This document shows positions 29,750 through 39,683 of a stretch of 63,536 nucleotides of DNA, piece by piece. The stretch comes from a virus. Lineage: Duplodnaviria > Caudoviricetes. Each line of letters begins with the position of its first letter. Positions within the stretch are counted from its first letter, which is position 1. The stretch spans positions 1-63,536 of IMG/VR virus record IMGVR_UViG_3300033153_003999. One strand, written 5' to 3'. Made by a program: the position numbers and the translations under genes. The notes beneath the pieces were generated by a model. That model searched no databases. It was not told the DNA's origin and saw nothing but the letters and a program-made list of their open reading frames with translations.

Positions 29750-30295
29750 GTGAAAACGTGCAGTATATGTAAGAAAGTTCTTCCTCCCGCAGATTTTTGC
29801 GGGGGGAAGAGTTCTTATTCTTGTAAACCTTGCATGAAGACATACAAGCGTAAGAATCATTTGGCTAATAGAGAAAAGCGGAACGCTCAATCGAAAGCTA
29901 GCCATCAGCGCCGGATGCAAAATCCTGAGTATCGGGCCAAGCACAATGGTGCCAACAGCACAAAACAGTTTTTATCTTGGTACCACCGCAACAAAGATAA
30001 GGCCAGGGCCATTCGCGACCGTTATCGCGCCAAACCAGAAACGAAGATTATGCGCGCAGCGCATACTCGAAATCGGCAAGCGCAACTGATAAGCGCCCAA
30101 CCAAAATGGGCCAATACCAAATACATAGCTTTATTTTATAGGTTCGCAAAACTTGAGCAGGAACGTACAGGAAAGAAGGTTGAAGTAGATCATATCGTTC
30201 CTCTACAGCATTCAAGGGTTTGTGGATTACATTGTGAACACAACCTGCAATTACTAACGGCGCGAGCCAATAAAATAAAGAACAATACTTTTTAG
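29750..30295 (+). CDS. free-standing HNH endonuclease
   Basis: KTCSICK..CKPC; EVDHIVPL...VCGLHCEHNLQLL..N..K.N. Confidence 0.9.
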   Translation: MKTCSICKKVLPPADFCGGKSSYSCKPCMKTYKRKNHLANREKRNAQSKASHQRRMQNPEYRAKHNGANSTKQFLSWYHRNKDKARAIRDRYRAKPETKIMRAAHTRNRQAQLISAQPKWANTKYIALFYRFAKLEQERTGKKVEVDHIVPLQHSRVCGLHCEHNLQLLTARANKIKNNTF

Positions 30296-30296
30296 G

Positions 30297-30320
30297 CGGC
30301 TCCGTAGGGGCTTTTTTTAT
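30297..30320 (+). terminator. probable intrinsic terminator
   Basis: GGCTCC-GTA-GGGGCT followed by a T run. Confidence 0.55.
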
Positions 30321-30344
30321 ATCAACACAATAGAGGAGACAGAA

Positions 30345-30695
30345 ATGGCTCTAAGAAAACCTGAAGAAATGCCGGAGAAGACACCTTATTTGAAAGGGCC
30401 GGATGGTTATGTCTATGCGTGGACGGATTCGCTTGCAAAGCGTACTGACATGACGCCATGCCATGACGTGCCGGCATCACAAAACCCGAACCAGGAAGCG
30501 CCGGAAGCGCCAGTCGCAAAGAACAATATCAAGATGATGCGGAAAGACGATCTGATTGAATTTATGGCGGCTACCTATGATTTCAAACTGGATCCTGAAA
30601 ACAATTTGAACACGCTGCGACATCAGGCGCGTCAGATTGTTGACCAGCACAAGGAAGCAGCTGCCGCACTTACGGCAGGTAACGGAGAGGATTAA
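30345..30695 (+). CDS. hypothetical protein
   Basis: AGAGGAGAC RBS. Confidence 0.7.
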   Translation: MALRKPEEMPEKTPYLKGPDGYVYAWTDSLAKRTDMTPCHDVPASQNPNQEAPEAPVAKNNIKMMRKDDLIEFMAATYDFKLDPENNLNTLRHQARQIVDQHKEAAAALTAGNGED

Positions 30696-31364
30696 ATGAC
30701 GACAGCATCGGAAGTTATTATCCAGGTACAAGAAGAGCTGAACGATGATGACAAGGTCACGTGGGATGACGCGGACATGCTCCGCTACATCAACGCGGCT
30801 CAGCTCCAAGTCGTGCTTGTGCGCCCCGATGCGAACTCTGTTATCGAGAATGTGACACTGACCCCTGGCAACACAAGGCACTCGCTCGCCAGCGGTCAGT
30901 TACGCTTGCTTGATGTAATCCGAAACATGGGCGCAGACGGGCTCACGCCCGGGCGCCCCATCCGAATGGTGGATCGTGCCAGTCACGACCTGTTTAATCG
31001 TAATTGGCACTCGGCTGTGGGTAAGACTGTCATCCGTGAGGTCATGTATAACGAGAAGGTGCCAGCCTATTTTTATACAGATCCGGCTGCACACGCGATA
31101 ACGGCAGTCACCATCGAGGTAGCTGCATCGAAAGCGCCAACAGATGTGGCCGATGTCGATGCCGGCGTGCTTGGCATTGCCGATATTTATCAGCAACCCG
31201 TTCGTCAGTATATGCTGCACATGGCCTTCGCAAAGGAAGTCGAATCAAGAACGAGCGTGGCAAGATCACGCGGCTACTTACAGGATTTCTACAACAGCCT
31301 TGGCATCAAGACCAAGGTTGACGCCATGTACTCACCCAGTAAAGAGGTAAAGCCGAATGTCTAA
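30696..31364 (+). CDS. head-tail adaptor protein
   Basis: V..ELND...W....LRYINAAQ..V...RPDA. Confidence 0.75.
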   Translation: MTTASEVIIQVQEELNDDDKVTWDDADMLRYINAAQLQVVLVRPDANSVIENVTLTPGNTRHSLASGQLRLLDVIRNMGADGLTPGRPIRMVDRASHDLFNRNWHSAVGKTVIREVMYNEKVPAYFYTDPAAHAITAVTIEVAASKAPTDVADVDAGVLGIADIYQQPVRQYMLHMAFAKEVESRTSVARSRGYLQDFYNSLGIKTKVDAMYSPSKEVKPNV

Positions 31365-32016
31365 AAACTGGGAAGATTATCTGCCAGAGGTGTTGATCGA
31401 GGCCGACGGCTGCCCTGAACAGGTGGCAATCAACGCCGTCCGCAATGCTGCAATTGAGTTCTGCACCATGAGCGAGAGCTGGCGTGCAGAGCTGGATCCA
31501 CTCAATATTGCTGTCGATGAAGCCGAGTATCCGCTCGATATTCCTTCTGGGTCGCAGGTTATTATCTTGCGCTGGGGCAGGTTGATCGATGCCAATGGCG
31601 GCAAATCCAAGTTAACGACTACCGACGAGGATATGCTCGACGCCAGTGAAGGCCGGCTAGTCTGGCGCACGCTGACCGGCACAGTGGAGTGGATTTATAT
31701 GATCGACGAGTCCACGGCCAGAATTGTGCGGATACCGGAGACGGCTGTTACCAACGGCTTGATTGTAGGCGTTACGCTTGCGCCGACGCGCGATAGCTAT
31801 GAAGGCCCGGACTATCTCTATAACAAATGGGTGGAGGAGATCGCGCACGGCGCCAAGATGCGGCTCCTAAACATGAAAACGCGTGACTGGTATAACGCGC
31901 CTGCAGCTGCACAGTGCAAGACCGCGTTTTATCGTGGAGTGAATCGGGCCAAGATTCGCGCCAGTCGTAATAGCACGAAAGGCAGACGTCAAGCTGCCAT
32001 GAGGCCTATCGCATGA
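31357..32016 (+). CDS. second adaptor-like virion protein
   Basis: GCP...A..AVR.AAIEFC..S..WR; IAHGAK.RL. Confidence 0.7.
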   Translation: MSKNWEDYLPEVLIEADGCPEQVAINAVRNAAIEFCTMSESWRAELDPLNIAVDEAEYPLDIPSGSQVIILRWGRLIDANGGKSKLTTTDEDMLDASEGRLVWRTLTGTVEWIYMIDESTARIVRIPETAVTNGLIVGVTLAPTRDSYEGPDYLYNKWVEEIAHGAKMRLLNMKTRDWYNAPAAAQCKTAFYRGVNRAKIRASRNSTKGRRQAAMRPIA

Positions 32017-32372
32017 GTGAAGTAATTGAGCTTGTACAGGGTGACGCGCTTCCGAGTCTCGAGCTTACTCTGAAAGATGCCAATACCGGCGATCCTTCTG
32101 ATCCTGATAGCTGGGATCCTATTGATCTGTCTGCCGGCACCACGACTGTTAACGTACTTTTCCGTGCGCGCAATAGCGATGTCCTTCTTTCCACGATGCC
32201 TTGCACCAAGGTTGGCGGCGGATCCACCGGCCAGTTGACAATGCCCTGGCCTGCCGGCGTACTGGATAATGATGTCGGTCGTTATGAAGGTCAGATCGAG
32301 ATCGATTTCGATGGTGATACGCAGACCGTTCCCGAGGAGCTTGAGTTTAAGATAATCGAAAGTTTTAACTAA
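32013..32372 (+). CDS. BppU N-terminal-like Ig-fold virion protein
   Basis: QGD.LP.L..TL.D..PIDLS...G.YEGQIEI.F...QTVP. Confidence 0.7.
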   Translation: MSEVIELVQGDALPSLELTLKDANTGDPSDPDSWDPIDLSAGTTTVNVLFRARNSDVLLSTMPCTKVGGGSTGQLTMPWPAGVLDNDVGRYEGQIEIDFDGDTQTVPEELEFKIIESFN

Positions 32373-32968
32373 TGATTTCAGCGTCCGCATCCTATGTTAG
32401 ACCAAGAGCGGTTGATGTAAACCAGGATCCGATTTCACCAAACAATTATAAGGCTGTTGTTAATTATCAGAAGCCACGGCCTGTCAACGTATCTCTGGCA
32501 CAAAACAGTCTGAATTATCGACTGATATTAAATTATGTGAATCCTGCATTTGAAGCGACTTATCGTAAGTTGTTTGCCGAAGTATATGCAGATTACGACA
32601 GCAGGCATCGTTCGTTTTCAGATGATGCGGTATTGCTAGAACAGGTTGCAAAAACCTTCACCAAAATTATTCAGGATTCGGTGGATCCTGTTGATACGCT
32701 GTATTTCAATTTAACCAGTTTTCCCGATGATTATGCCGGGGCATCTGACGCTATCGTATTCACGATAAGCTGGTTCCGGTCATTTGATGATTCGGTGGCA
32801 GGAGTCGATCAGATTGCAAAGAACTTCAACAAAGAACTGGACGACACAGTTACACCATCAGACGGTATAAGCAGCATGGTTCTGAGTGAATCCGGTGCCG
32901 GTGCCGTCAACGGTAGTTTTGTTAATCGCTTGCCAGTAAACGGAAGCAAGCAAGAGGTAATAATATGA
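32372..32968 (+). CDS. putative tail protein
   Basis: Internal D-x(4)-D repeats; position. Confidence 0.55.
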   Translation: MISASASYVRPRAVDVNQDPISPNNYKAVVNYQKPRPVNVSLAQNSLNYRLILNYVNPAFEATYRKLFAEVYADYDSRHRSFSDDAVLLEQVAKTFTKIIQDSVDPVDTLYFNLTSFPDDYAGASDAIVFTISWFRSFDDSVAGVDQIAKNFNKELDDTVTPSDGISSMVLSESGAGAVNGSFVNRLPVNGSKQEVII

Positions 32969-33423
32969 GAAACAGATCAAAAGTAGTCGAGAGCGTTCGC
33001 ATGAAGGGTGCGCCCAGGATCCGGCTTTACGATCCTTATGGTGAACTGAAAGAGGACATTCTCGCCACAAACCTTGTCGTTACTGCCGGTAAGGCTTGGA
33101 TCGCGCAGCGCATCGATGACGATACAGACCCGGCAGACATGTCTCACATGGCGGTTGGTACCGGTACCACTTCTCCGGTGGTGGGTAATACCGCTCTCGA
33201 GACAGAGAGCGCGCGCGAGGCCCTAGATTCAACTGGCGTGGCTTCTGCCACCACGACATACACGGCTACGTTCGGGCCGGGAGTTGGAACAGGTGCTCTG
33301 ACTGAGGCCGGGATCTTTAATGATCCAAGTGCAGGAGAGATGCTTGCTCGCGTCACTTTCAGTGTCGTTAACAAAGGTGCCCTCGATACGATGGTCATTG
33401 ACTGGGATGTTTCCATTACTTAG
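32965..33423 (+). CDS. tail fibre-associated structural protein
   Basis: NLVVTAG..MAVGTG..T.L..E..R...LTEAGIFN..MLAR..F. Confidence 0.75.
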   Translation: MRNRSKVVESVRMKGAPRIRLYDPYGELKEDILATNLVVTAGKAWIAQRIDDDTDPADMSHMAVGTGTTSPVVGNTALETESAREALDSTGVASATTTYTATFGPGVGTGALTEAGIFNDPSAGEMLARVTFSVVNKGALDTMVIDWDVSIT

Positions 33424-33431
33424 GTGAAACC

Positions 33432-34283
33432 ATGACTGATAAATTCTTAATTAATAATCGGGCGTTTACGACCCTCAACGGGGCGCATGACGACACGACA
33501 ACCACCATCAATGTTAATCCCGGCGATGGCACATTGTTCCCGTCACCAGGAGCCAATGAACATTTCGCCATTACTATTCAGAAGTCGGATGGTACTGCCG
33601 AGGTTTGTTACTGTACTGGCCGATCTGTTGATGCGCTGACCGTTGTTCGTGGGCAGGAAACTGCTCTTGGCGCTCCTGCGGCACAGACCTATGTTGGCGG
33701 TGAAGCAGTTGAGCTTCGAGTTACGGCAGGGCTGCTAACTGAGTTCAGCCAGAAAACAGTCGCGGAAACGATCTCTGGCGAGAAAGACTTTACCGGCGGG
33801 GTTAAGATAGGCGGGACATTACTTACATCAACTGCCGCCGAGTTGAATAACATCGATGGTGCTACCGGCATGTCGTCTACCGGTAATAAAATTGATGCCA
33901 TTGATACCGGTACGTTGGCTGTGTGGCAACAGACTGCCGCACCAACGGGCTGGACGAAAGAAACCACTCACAACGATAAATCGCTTCGTGTCGTTAGCGG
34001 GGCAGCTGGATCAGGTGGTGCAACTGCATTTAATAGTGTGTTTGGCTCTGGTAAAGTGGTTGGTGCCCGGTCATTGTCAGTTGCACAATTGGCGGCACAT
34101 ACTCACGCTATTTTAGTTCGTACCACTTCTGACAGTAGTACTTCTGTTGCTATACAGGATTTGTATAATACAGCATGGTCTACTTCTTATAGTGGAAGTC
34201 AGGGTAGCGGCAATACCCATGACCATACTCTGTCTCTTGATCTGCAATATGTCGATTTAATTATCGCCTCGAAGGACGCTTAA
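33432..34283 (+). CDS. tail fibre protein
   Basis: LTVVRGQE head-binding-like N-terminus; QTAAPTGWTK collar; HTH metal-knot tip. Confidence 0.8.
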   Translation: MTDKFLINNRAFTTLNGAHDDTTTTINVNPGDGTLFPSPGANEHFAITIQKSDGTAEVCYCTGRSVDALTVVRGQETALGAPAAQTYVGGEAVELRVTAGLLTEFSQKTVAETISGEKDFTGGVKIGGTLLTSTAAELNNIDGATGMSSTGNKIDAIDTGTLAVWQQTAAPTGWTKETTHNDKSLRVVSGAAGSGGATAFNSVFGSGKVVGARSLSVAQLAAHTHAILVRTTSDSSTSVAIQDLYNTAWSTSYSGSQGSGNTHDHTLSLDLQYVDLIIASKDA

Positions 34284-34284
34284 T

Positions 34285-34716
34285 ATGAAAATTACAATTA
34301 TTCCAGAAGATGACATGGTAACAATTGATGGTGAAAGTCGTGCCGTTGATTGTTCTTCTTTACCGCCGAATATCCACGCCGTTCAATATGATTCTGTAGC
34401 CGAAGAAGGCATGATTGAACTGAAAAATGTTGATGCTGTAACCAAGCATTTTGAGCGTCCCATTAAAAATGCGGGTCAGTTTCAATTATTTCAAAGCATG
34501 GTCGCTGCCTGGGAGACAACAACTCTTGAAACTCCTCCCTCTCCAGCCAAAAATCCTTCCAAGGATGTTAATTTGGGTAATGCCGAAGCTCAATATATTT
34601 CCAATCCGGTTGTTCGCGGGATAGTTATGTATATAGCGAAGAAAGAAGGGCGGCCAACGCTGGATGTCTGGAGTGACATCAAAGACGAAATTTCAACCTG
34701 GGTTGACACGGTGTAA
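34285..34716 (+). CDS. tail fibre chaperone-like protein
   Basis: MKITIIPED...IHAVQY...G.IE; follows the fibre gene. Confidence 0.55.
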   Translation: MKITIIPEDDMVTIDGESRAVDCSSLPPNIHAVQYDSVAEEGMIELKNVDAVTKHFERPIKNAGQFQLFQSMVAAWETTTLETPPSPAKNPSKDVNLGNAEAQYISNPVVRGIVMYIAKKEGRPTLDVWSDIKDEISTWVDTV

Positions 34717-34718
34717 AT

Positions 34719-35024
34719 ATGAAAAGAGTAATAGGGCAATGCCCGTTGGGCAGTAAGTGTGAAGAAGCGGGCGAAGTAAATGGCGAGCAAGTGCTTATTG
34801 TTTGCCCATGGTACATACAATTGCGTGGTAAAAATCCGCAATCCACAGAGGAGATAGACGAGTTTGGATGCGCAATATCTTGGGGGCCAGTTCTAACGAT
34901 TGAGAATACTCAAATGCAGCGCCAGACCGGTGCAGCAGTTGAGTCTTTGCGAAACAATATTGTTAAAGAAAGCCAGCGGCTTTCCAGTAAAGGTGGGCCT
35001 AAAAAGGAAATTGTTTCTGGCTAA
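34719..35024 (+). CDS. conserved Cys-rich phage protein
   Basis: CPW..LRGKNPQ..DEFGCAI..RQTGAAVESLRN. Confidence 0.7.
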   Translation: MKRVIGQCPLGSKCEEAGEVNGEQVLIVCPWYIQLRGKNPQSTEEIDEFGCAISWGPVLTIENTQMQRQTGAAVESLRNNIVKESQRLSSKGGPKKEIVSG

Positions 35025-35055
35025 TAACAGTTAACAATCAAACAAGGATAATTTT

Positions 35056-35292
35056 ATGGGTGGGAAAAAATACGATGGCCCTGAACGGAGGCATTATCAT
35101 GAAATCCCGGACGAATTCATTGAAATTATTGCCGAACGAGCGGCAGACAAAGCCGCCGACAAAGCCGCCGATAAAGTTTTCAACAAAATCTACCAAGAAG
35201 TCGGCCGTAGTGTCCTTAGAAAGCTGGCTTGGGCAGTCGGTATTACGGTTATTGCTATAGCGGTCTGGTTCACTGACGGGAAGATAGGATGA
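35056..35292 (+). CDS. small membrane protein (holin/antiholin candidate)
   Basis: C-terminal TM; directly upstream of the endolysin. Confidence 0.55.
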   Translation: MGGKKYDGPERRHYHEIPDEFIEIIAERAADKAADKAADKVFNKIYQEVGRSVLRKLAWAVGITVIAIAVWFTDGKIG

Positions 35293-35813
35293 TTGAAATC
35301 ATTCCAGATATACTTCCGCTAAAATGCTGGAGTCAGGAAACACTCGATCCCACGAGCATCACTATTCACGCGATCTCGGCACGCAACACCAACAGGGAAG
35401 ATCCATATAACTATGCCTCGATCCGCAAGATACTTGTTGATTACGGATTCAGTGCCCACTTCGGCGGTATGCGTAATGGCAAAATCATTCGCTGGGTGCC
35501 AGAGGATAAGATCGCCTTTCATGCTGGCCGGTCTCGGTTCAGAGACGAGAGCGGTCTCAATGATTCATCGATTGGTATTGAGATCTTTGGCATGGACGAT
35601 ACCCCGTTTGAGGACATTCAATACCACTCTGCCGCACAGCTGGTGGCCGAACTCATGCAAAGGTACAACATGAAATCAGATGTCTGCCGGATGCACAGCG
35701 AAGTCTCGAGCCACTTGGTTCGCAAGGACCCAAAATGGGATCCCGGTCTGTATTTCGACTGGGTTTACTTCGGTTACTTGGTAATGACATACAGGATGAA
35801 ATTGGCGGCATAA
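35289..35813 (+). CDS. endolysin, N-acetylmuramoyl-L-alanine amidase (Amidase_2/AmpD-like)
   Basis: ITIH, SAHF, AFHAG.S, N..SIGIE, HS...RK.PKWDPG..FDW. Confidence 0.92.
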   Translation: MIEIIPDILPLKCWSQETLDPTSITIHAISARNTNREDPYNYASIRKILVDYGFSAHFGGMRNGKIIRWVPEDKIAFHAGRSRFRDESGLNDSSIGIEIFGMDDTPFEDIQYHSAAQLVAELMQRYNMKSDVCRMHSEVSSHLVRKDPKWDPGLYFDWVYFGYLVMTYRMKLAA

Positions 35814-36028
35814 TGGATCCTAAAAAATTAGATGAATGGCGGATAGTCCCGCGCCTGATGGTCATCCTTTATGGTTGCCTGATGTGGTCTGTCACATACT
35901 GGTTCATGGGTCTCGTTGCTCCAACCAATTCACAAGCTGCTTTCGTGTCTACGATTGTTGGTGCTGCTAGCATGATCTTCGGTTTCTATGTGAACAGCGG
36001 TAATAAAGGTGGTGGTAACGGGCCATGA
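35813..36028 (+). CDS. holin-like two-TM protein
   Basis: LDEWRIVPRL plus two TM helices, coupled to the endolysin. Confidence 0.65.
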   Translation: MDPKKLDEWRIVPRLMVILYGCLMWSVTYWFMGLVAPTNSQAAFVSTIVGAASMIFGFYVNSGNKGGGNGP

Positions 36029-36155
36029 AGGACATTCCAAAATACCTGTTCTATGCCTTCGTTGTCGCCATGATGGCCTATGGATTTCAAGCCGGCTGGT
36101 TCAAACAATTCGGCGGCAAACTCAGTAAAGACTCGATAGAGATTGGAGTAAAAAG

Positions 36156-36494
36156 ATGATCGGCGCCCTATTTTCAAAATTCAAGATCTATATTATTGCT
36201 GCCGCGATTGTTGGTGCTTTTGCCGGTGGCGTCACTGTGACCAACTGGTATCACAAGGCACAGAAGGCGTCTGCCCTGGAGAAGGTAATCAAGAAGCACG
36301 GCGCCGAAGTGGGGCGACTGGAGGCTGTGATTGCCGTATCCGCTACCGAAAAGAAAGGGATTAAATTGAAATTCCGCAACCTGAACAAGAGGCTCACCAA
36401 TGTTAAAGCTACCTGCTCTATTCCTTACGATAGTGATGTTATCCGCGTGTGGGACGACTCCGGTAACTGGGCCGGTGGAGCAAAAACCGATTAG
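36156..36494 (+). CDS. i-spanin (Rz-like)
   Basis: N-terminal TM, coiled coil, C-terminal Cys. Confidence 0.75.
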   Translation: MIGALFSKFKIYIIAAAIVGAFAGGVTVTNWYHKAQKASALEKVIKKHGAEVGRLEAVIAVSATEKKGIKLKFRNLNKRLTNVKATCSIPYDSDVIRVWDDSGNWAGGAKTD

Positions 36495-36654
36495 CTGTAT
36501 GGACGAGTGCATCAAGCCGGCGCCGCTCCCGAAAAAGCCGTTTATTACTGAAAAGGATCTGACCTCCAACCACAAAGATGCGATGGAGGATTATCAGGTG
36601 TGCGCTACCGACAAAAAATGCTTGGTTGACTGGATCAATAAGAGGGACAGGTAG
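36400..36654 (+). CDS. o-spanin lipoprotein (Rz1-like), overlapping the i-spanin
   Basis: Lipobox LSAC, Pro-rich, GAGG RBS inside the i-spanin. Confidence 0.8.
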   Translation: MLKLPALFLTIVMLSACGTTPVTGPVEQKPISCMDECIKPAPLPKKPFITEKDLTSNHKDAMEDYQVCATDKKCLVDWINKRDR

Positions 36655-38694
36655 TTGCCAACAATAGACATCACATCCTTTCGCGGTATTCGGCCAAGAG
36701 CCAGCTCAAGACATATTAAAAATGAACAGGCACAAATAGCGCAAAATTGTCGCATTACTTCCGGTGCCGTAGAGGCATGGCGTAATAAAAAACTTATTTC
36801 CACTCTTACCCTTGCTGGTGAGATTAAGACGATCTACCAGTTTCCTGATGGAAAATGGCTACAGTGGAATGAGGAAGTTGATGTTGTTGAGGCGCCTGTT
36901 GCTGGCGACACGACAGATCGTATTTATTTCACCGGTCTGGATAAACCGAGGGTAACAAACAGCACGCTTGTTGATGTCAGTGCTCCTACGACCGGATCTA
37001 TTACTGGCGCCAGTAAGGCCAGCCCTTGTGTAATTACTGACGTGGCTCACGGCCTATCATCCGGAATGTTTGTCGATATTGCCGGCGTTGGTGGCATGGT
37101 TGAGCTGAACGATCTTCGTTACAAGATCACTGTAATTGATGCCGACTCTTTCTCTCTGGATGGTATCGATAGCACGACGTTCACCACTTATACTTCTGGC
37201 GGTACCTGGACTCGTGTCGAGAATATTTATCCAGAAGATTCCTACGTTGTTGGTGTCCCTGCTCCTGTGACTGCTCCAACAGCAGCTTTAGTTAGCACAC
37301 ATACTACCCCTGAAAATACGGCCTACGTTTATACCTATGTGAACGCGTGGGGAGAAGAAGGCCCGCCTTCGCCGGCATCAAACATTGTGTTGGCTGATTT
37401 TTCTACCGGTTCGGTGGATCTCACGACCATGGATGCGGCCCCCGCTGATTATCTGGATTATGTCCCGATAACAAAATGGCGCATTTATCGTGTGGCAACT
37501 GGCACGGCTGGCGCCGATTATCAATTCGTGGCTGAGGTCACGATTAACGTCAGCAGTCCGCAATATAATGACGCCATTCTGACTGCCAACCTGGGCGAGA
37601 TTCTTTCGACCACGGATTATGATGTTCCGCCTGCCGGCCTCATGGGCATAAAGTCTATGGCGAACGGTATCGTTGCCGGCTTTACCGGGAACACAATCTA
37701 TTTCTGTGAACCATTCCTGCCGTATGCGTGGCCTGACAAGTACACGCTGGTAACCGATTTCGAGATCGTCGGCCTCGGTACGTTTGGTAATTCGCTTGTT
37801 ATTACGACTGAGGGGCCACCTTATTTAGCAACCGGTACTTCTCCTGATGCCATGAGCATGGATAAGTTGCCTCACCCGCAACCCTGTATCCAGAAGCGCG
37901 GCATAGTCGATGTCCAGGGCGGGGTGCTTTATCCAACATCAAATGGCCTGTTCTTTATCGGTGATGGTGGCGCACGACTGGCCACTGAGAAATATTATAC
38001 TCGTCGTGAATGGCAGGACATGGCGCCCAATACCATGGTCGCCATCTGGTATGACAACCGGTATTTTGCCTATCTTCCCACCGAACAGTATGTGCTTGAG
38101 TATCAGCCTCAAGAAGATGAATTAACCACCATCAACATGAATGGTGCCGTAACAGCTTTTTACCTAGATCAAATAAGCGATTATCTATATTTCTGCCAGC
38201 AAGAAAACGGTGACAACGATATATATCAATTTGCGGCAGAAGCTACGCGCATGACTTTTCTCTGGCGCTCAAAGAAATTTGAAATGCCAATGAATTTGAC
38301 TCTTACTGCTGCGAGAGTGGTGGGAGATTTTGAAGCGGCTTTAACTCAAGACGAACTTGATGCGCTGACAGCGGCGAGAACGACAGCACTTGCCAACAAT
38401 GCTGCAAAAATAGCTGCTGGCACTGTTGGCGGATCAGTCAACTCATTTGCTGTGAATGTTCAGGAAGTGAATGGCGACGATCTTGAGATCGTTCCACCGT
38501 TACCAGAGGATACGAAGTATTCTTTCCATTTAATCGTGGATGGCGTAAGCAGATATGATGGTTACTTTACTGATAACGAGCCAATGAGATTGCCGGCTGG
38601 CTATCGTGGTCGAACTGTTGAAATTGAAGTTGATGGCAGCTTTCCGCTGCATAGAGTAATTTTAGGAACATCGGTTCAGGACGTGATGCGATGA
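36655..38694 (+). CDS. tail nozzle/stabilisation protein with FCCH-like insert
   Basis: F.GI.PR...AQ.A.NC; YVYTYVN.WGEEGPPS; FCEP..PYAWP..Y; WRSKKF. Confidence 0.8.
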   Translation: MPTIDITSFRGIRPRASSRHIKNEQAQIAQNCRITSGAVEAWRNKKLISTLTLAGEIKTIYQFPDGKWLQWNEEVDVVEAPVAGDTTDRIYFTGLDKPRVTNSTLVDVSAPTTGSITGASKASPCVITDVAHGLSSGMFVDIAGVGGMVELNDLRYKITVIDADSFSLDGIDSTTFTTYTSGGTWTRVENIYPEDSYVVGVPAPVTAPTAALVSTHTTPENTAYVYTYVNAWGEEGPPSPASNIVLADFSTGSVDLTTMDAAPADYLDYVPITKWRIYRVATGTAGADYQFVAEVTINVSSPQYNDAILTANLGEILSTTDYDVPPAGLMGIKSMANGIVAGFTGNTIYFCEPFLPYAWPDKYTLVTDFEIVGLGTFGNSLVITTEGPPYLATGTSPDAMSMDKLPHPQPCIQKRGIVDVQGGVLYPTSNGLFFIGDGGARLATEKYYTRREWQDMAPNTMVAIWYDNRYFAYLPTEQYVLEYQPQEDELTTINMNGAVTAFYLDQISDYLYFCQQENGDNDIYQFAAEATRMTFLWRSKKFEMPMNLTLTAARVVGDFEAALTQDELDALTAARTTALANNAAKIAAGTVGGSVNSFAVNVQEVNGDDLEIVPPLPEDTKYSFHLIVDGVSRYDGYFTDNEPMRLPAGYRGRTVEIEVDGSFPLHRVILGTSVQDVMR

Positions 38695-38885
38695 GATCCA
38701 TTCCATCGATTGATTTAACTGCCCCGGCATGGTTTCGCAGCTGGGCTCTTGCTGTTAAGGAAATGCTGGAGACACGTGAGAACACGATCCCGAACGGTGA
38801 CATCAGGAAAAAGACTGTTACCTATCAAGAACTAATTGACCTTGGCCTTATTACCAAGGATGACCTGCCCTCTTAGGAGCAAACA

Positions 38886-39671
38886 ATGTTAAAGCCACAC
38901 AATATAATGCGGAAACTGCTTTGCCCCTGGGAGCTGTACCTGTTTCCATTTTGGGGGCAAATTATCGGCAGTGCGCTTAGCGCGCTTGGCAGCGCTGAAT
39001 CAGGACGCAAGGCCGGTGAGGCCCATGCAACCGGAAAAGAGTTCCTGAAAAAATACGAAGGCAATCTCGAGTCAATGAACCAGATTGCTGACACGTGGAT
39101 GAAGCGCTATCAGGATCTCGGTTACGGTGAGATCGAGGAAGGTTTGGCCGAACGCGTACGCGAAGGCCCGGACATAGCCGGTGCTGAAGGCGAGGCCGCT
39201 GCAGACGTGGCCCAGGTCTACGACAAAGAGGCGGGCATGCGTGAGCGCAGGCTCAAACGATACGGTATCGATCCCGGGTCTGGGCGGTTCCGTGGCGGCA
39301 TGCGTGAAATAGGTCTTGACCGGGCCAAGGCTGAAGTCATGGCCAGGAACAAGGCGCGCGAGGAAGCCAAGGATAAAGACTGGTCGCGGAAACTGGCGTT
39401 TACCCAGATGGGTCGCGGCCTGGAAGCTGGCAGCGCAGATCTCTATGGATCCGCCGGCAAGGGTTATCAGGCCATTGGTGACGAATATTCCGGCATGTCC
39501 GGCGATTACGCCAAGAGCGCAGGCCGTGGCATGGCTACGGCGGGCAAATTATTTAGTGGTGCCATGTCCAGCTGGGGTGGCGGTGGTGGTGGTGGCAGTA
39601 CAGCCATACCAGATCCGACGCAGACGCCGGAAGGCATGCAGGCCTTTTATGAAGAAGGCGCGAATCTTTAA
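38886..39671 (+). CDS. ejection (internal virion) protein
   Basis: Gly/Ala-rich; RYGIDPGSGRF motif. Confidence 0.7.
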   Translation: MLKPHNIMRKLLCPWELYLFPFWGQIIGSALSALGSAESGRKAGEAHATGKEFLKKYEGNLESMNQIADTWMKRYQDLGYGEIEEGLAERVREGPDIAGAEGEAAADVAQVYDKEAGMRERRLKRYGIDPGSGRFRGGMREIGLDRAKAEVMARNKAREEAKDKDWSRKLAFTQMGRGLEAGSADLYGSAGKGYQAIGDEYSGMSGDYAKSAGRGMATAGKLFSGAMSSWGGGGGGGSTAIPDPTQTPEGMQAFYEEGANL

Positions 39672-39683
39672 CGGAGACACGAT

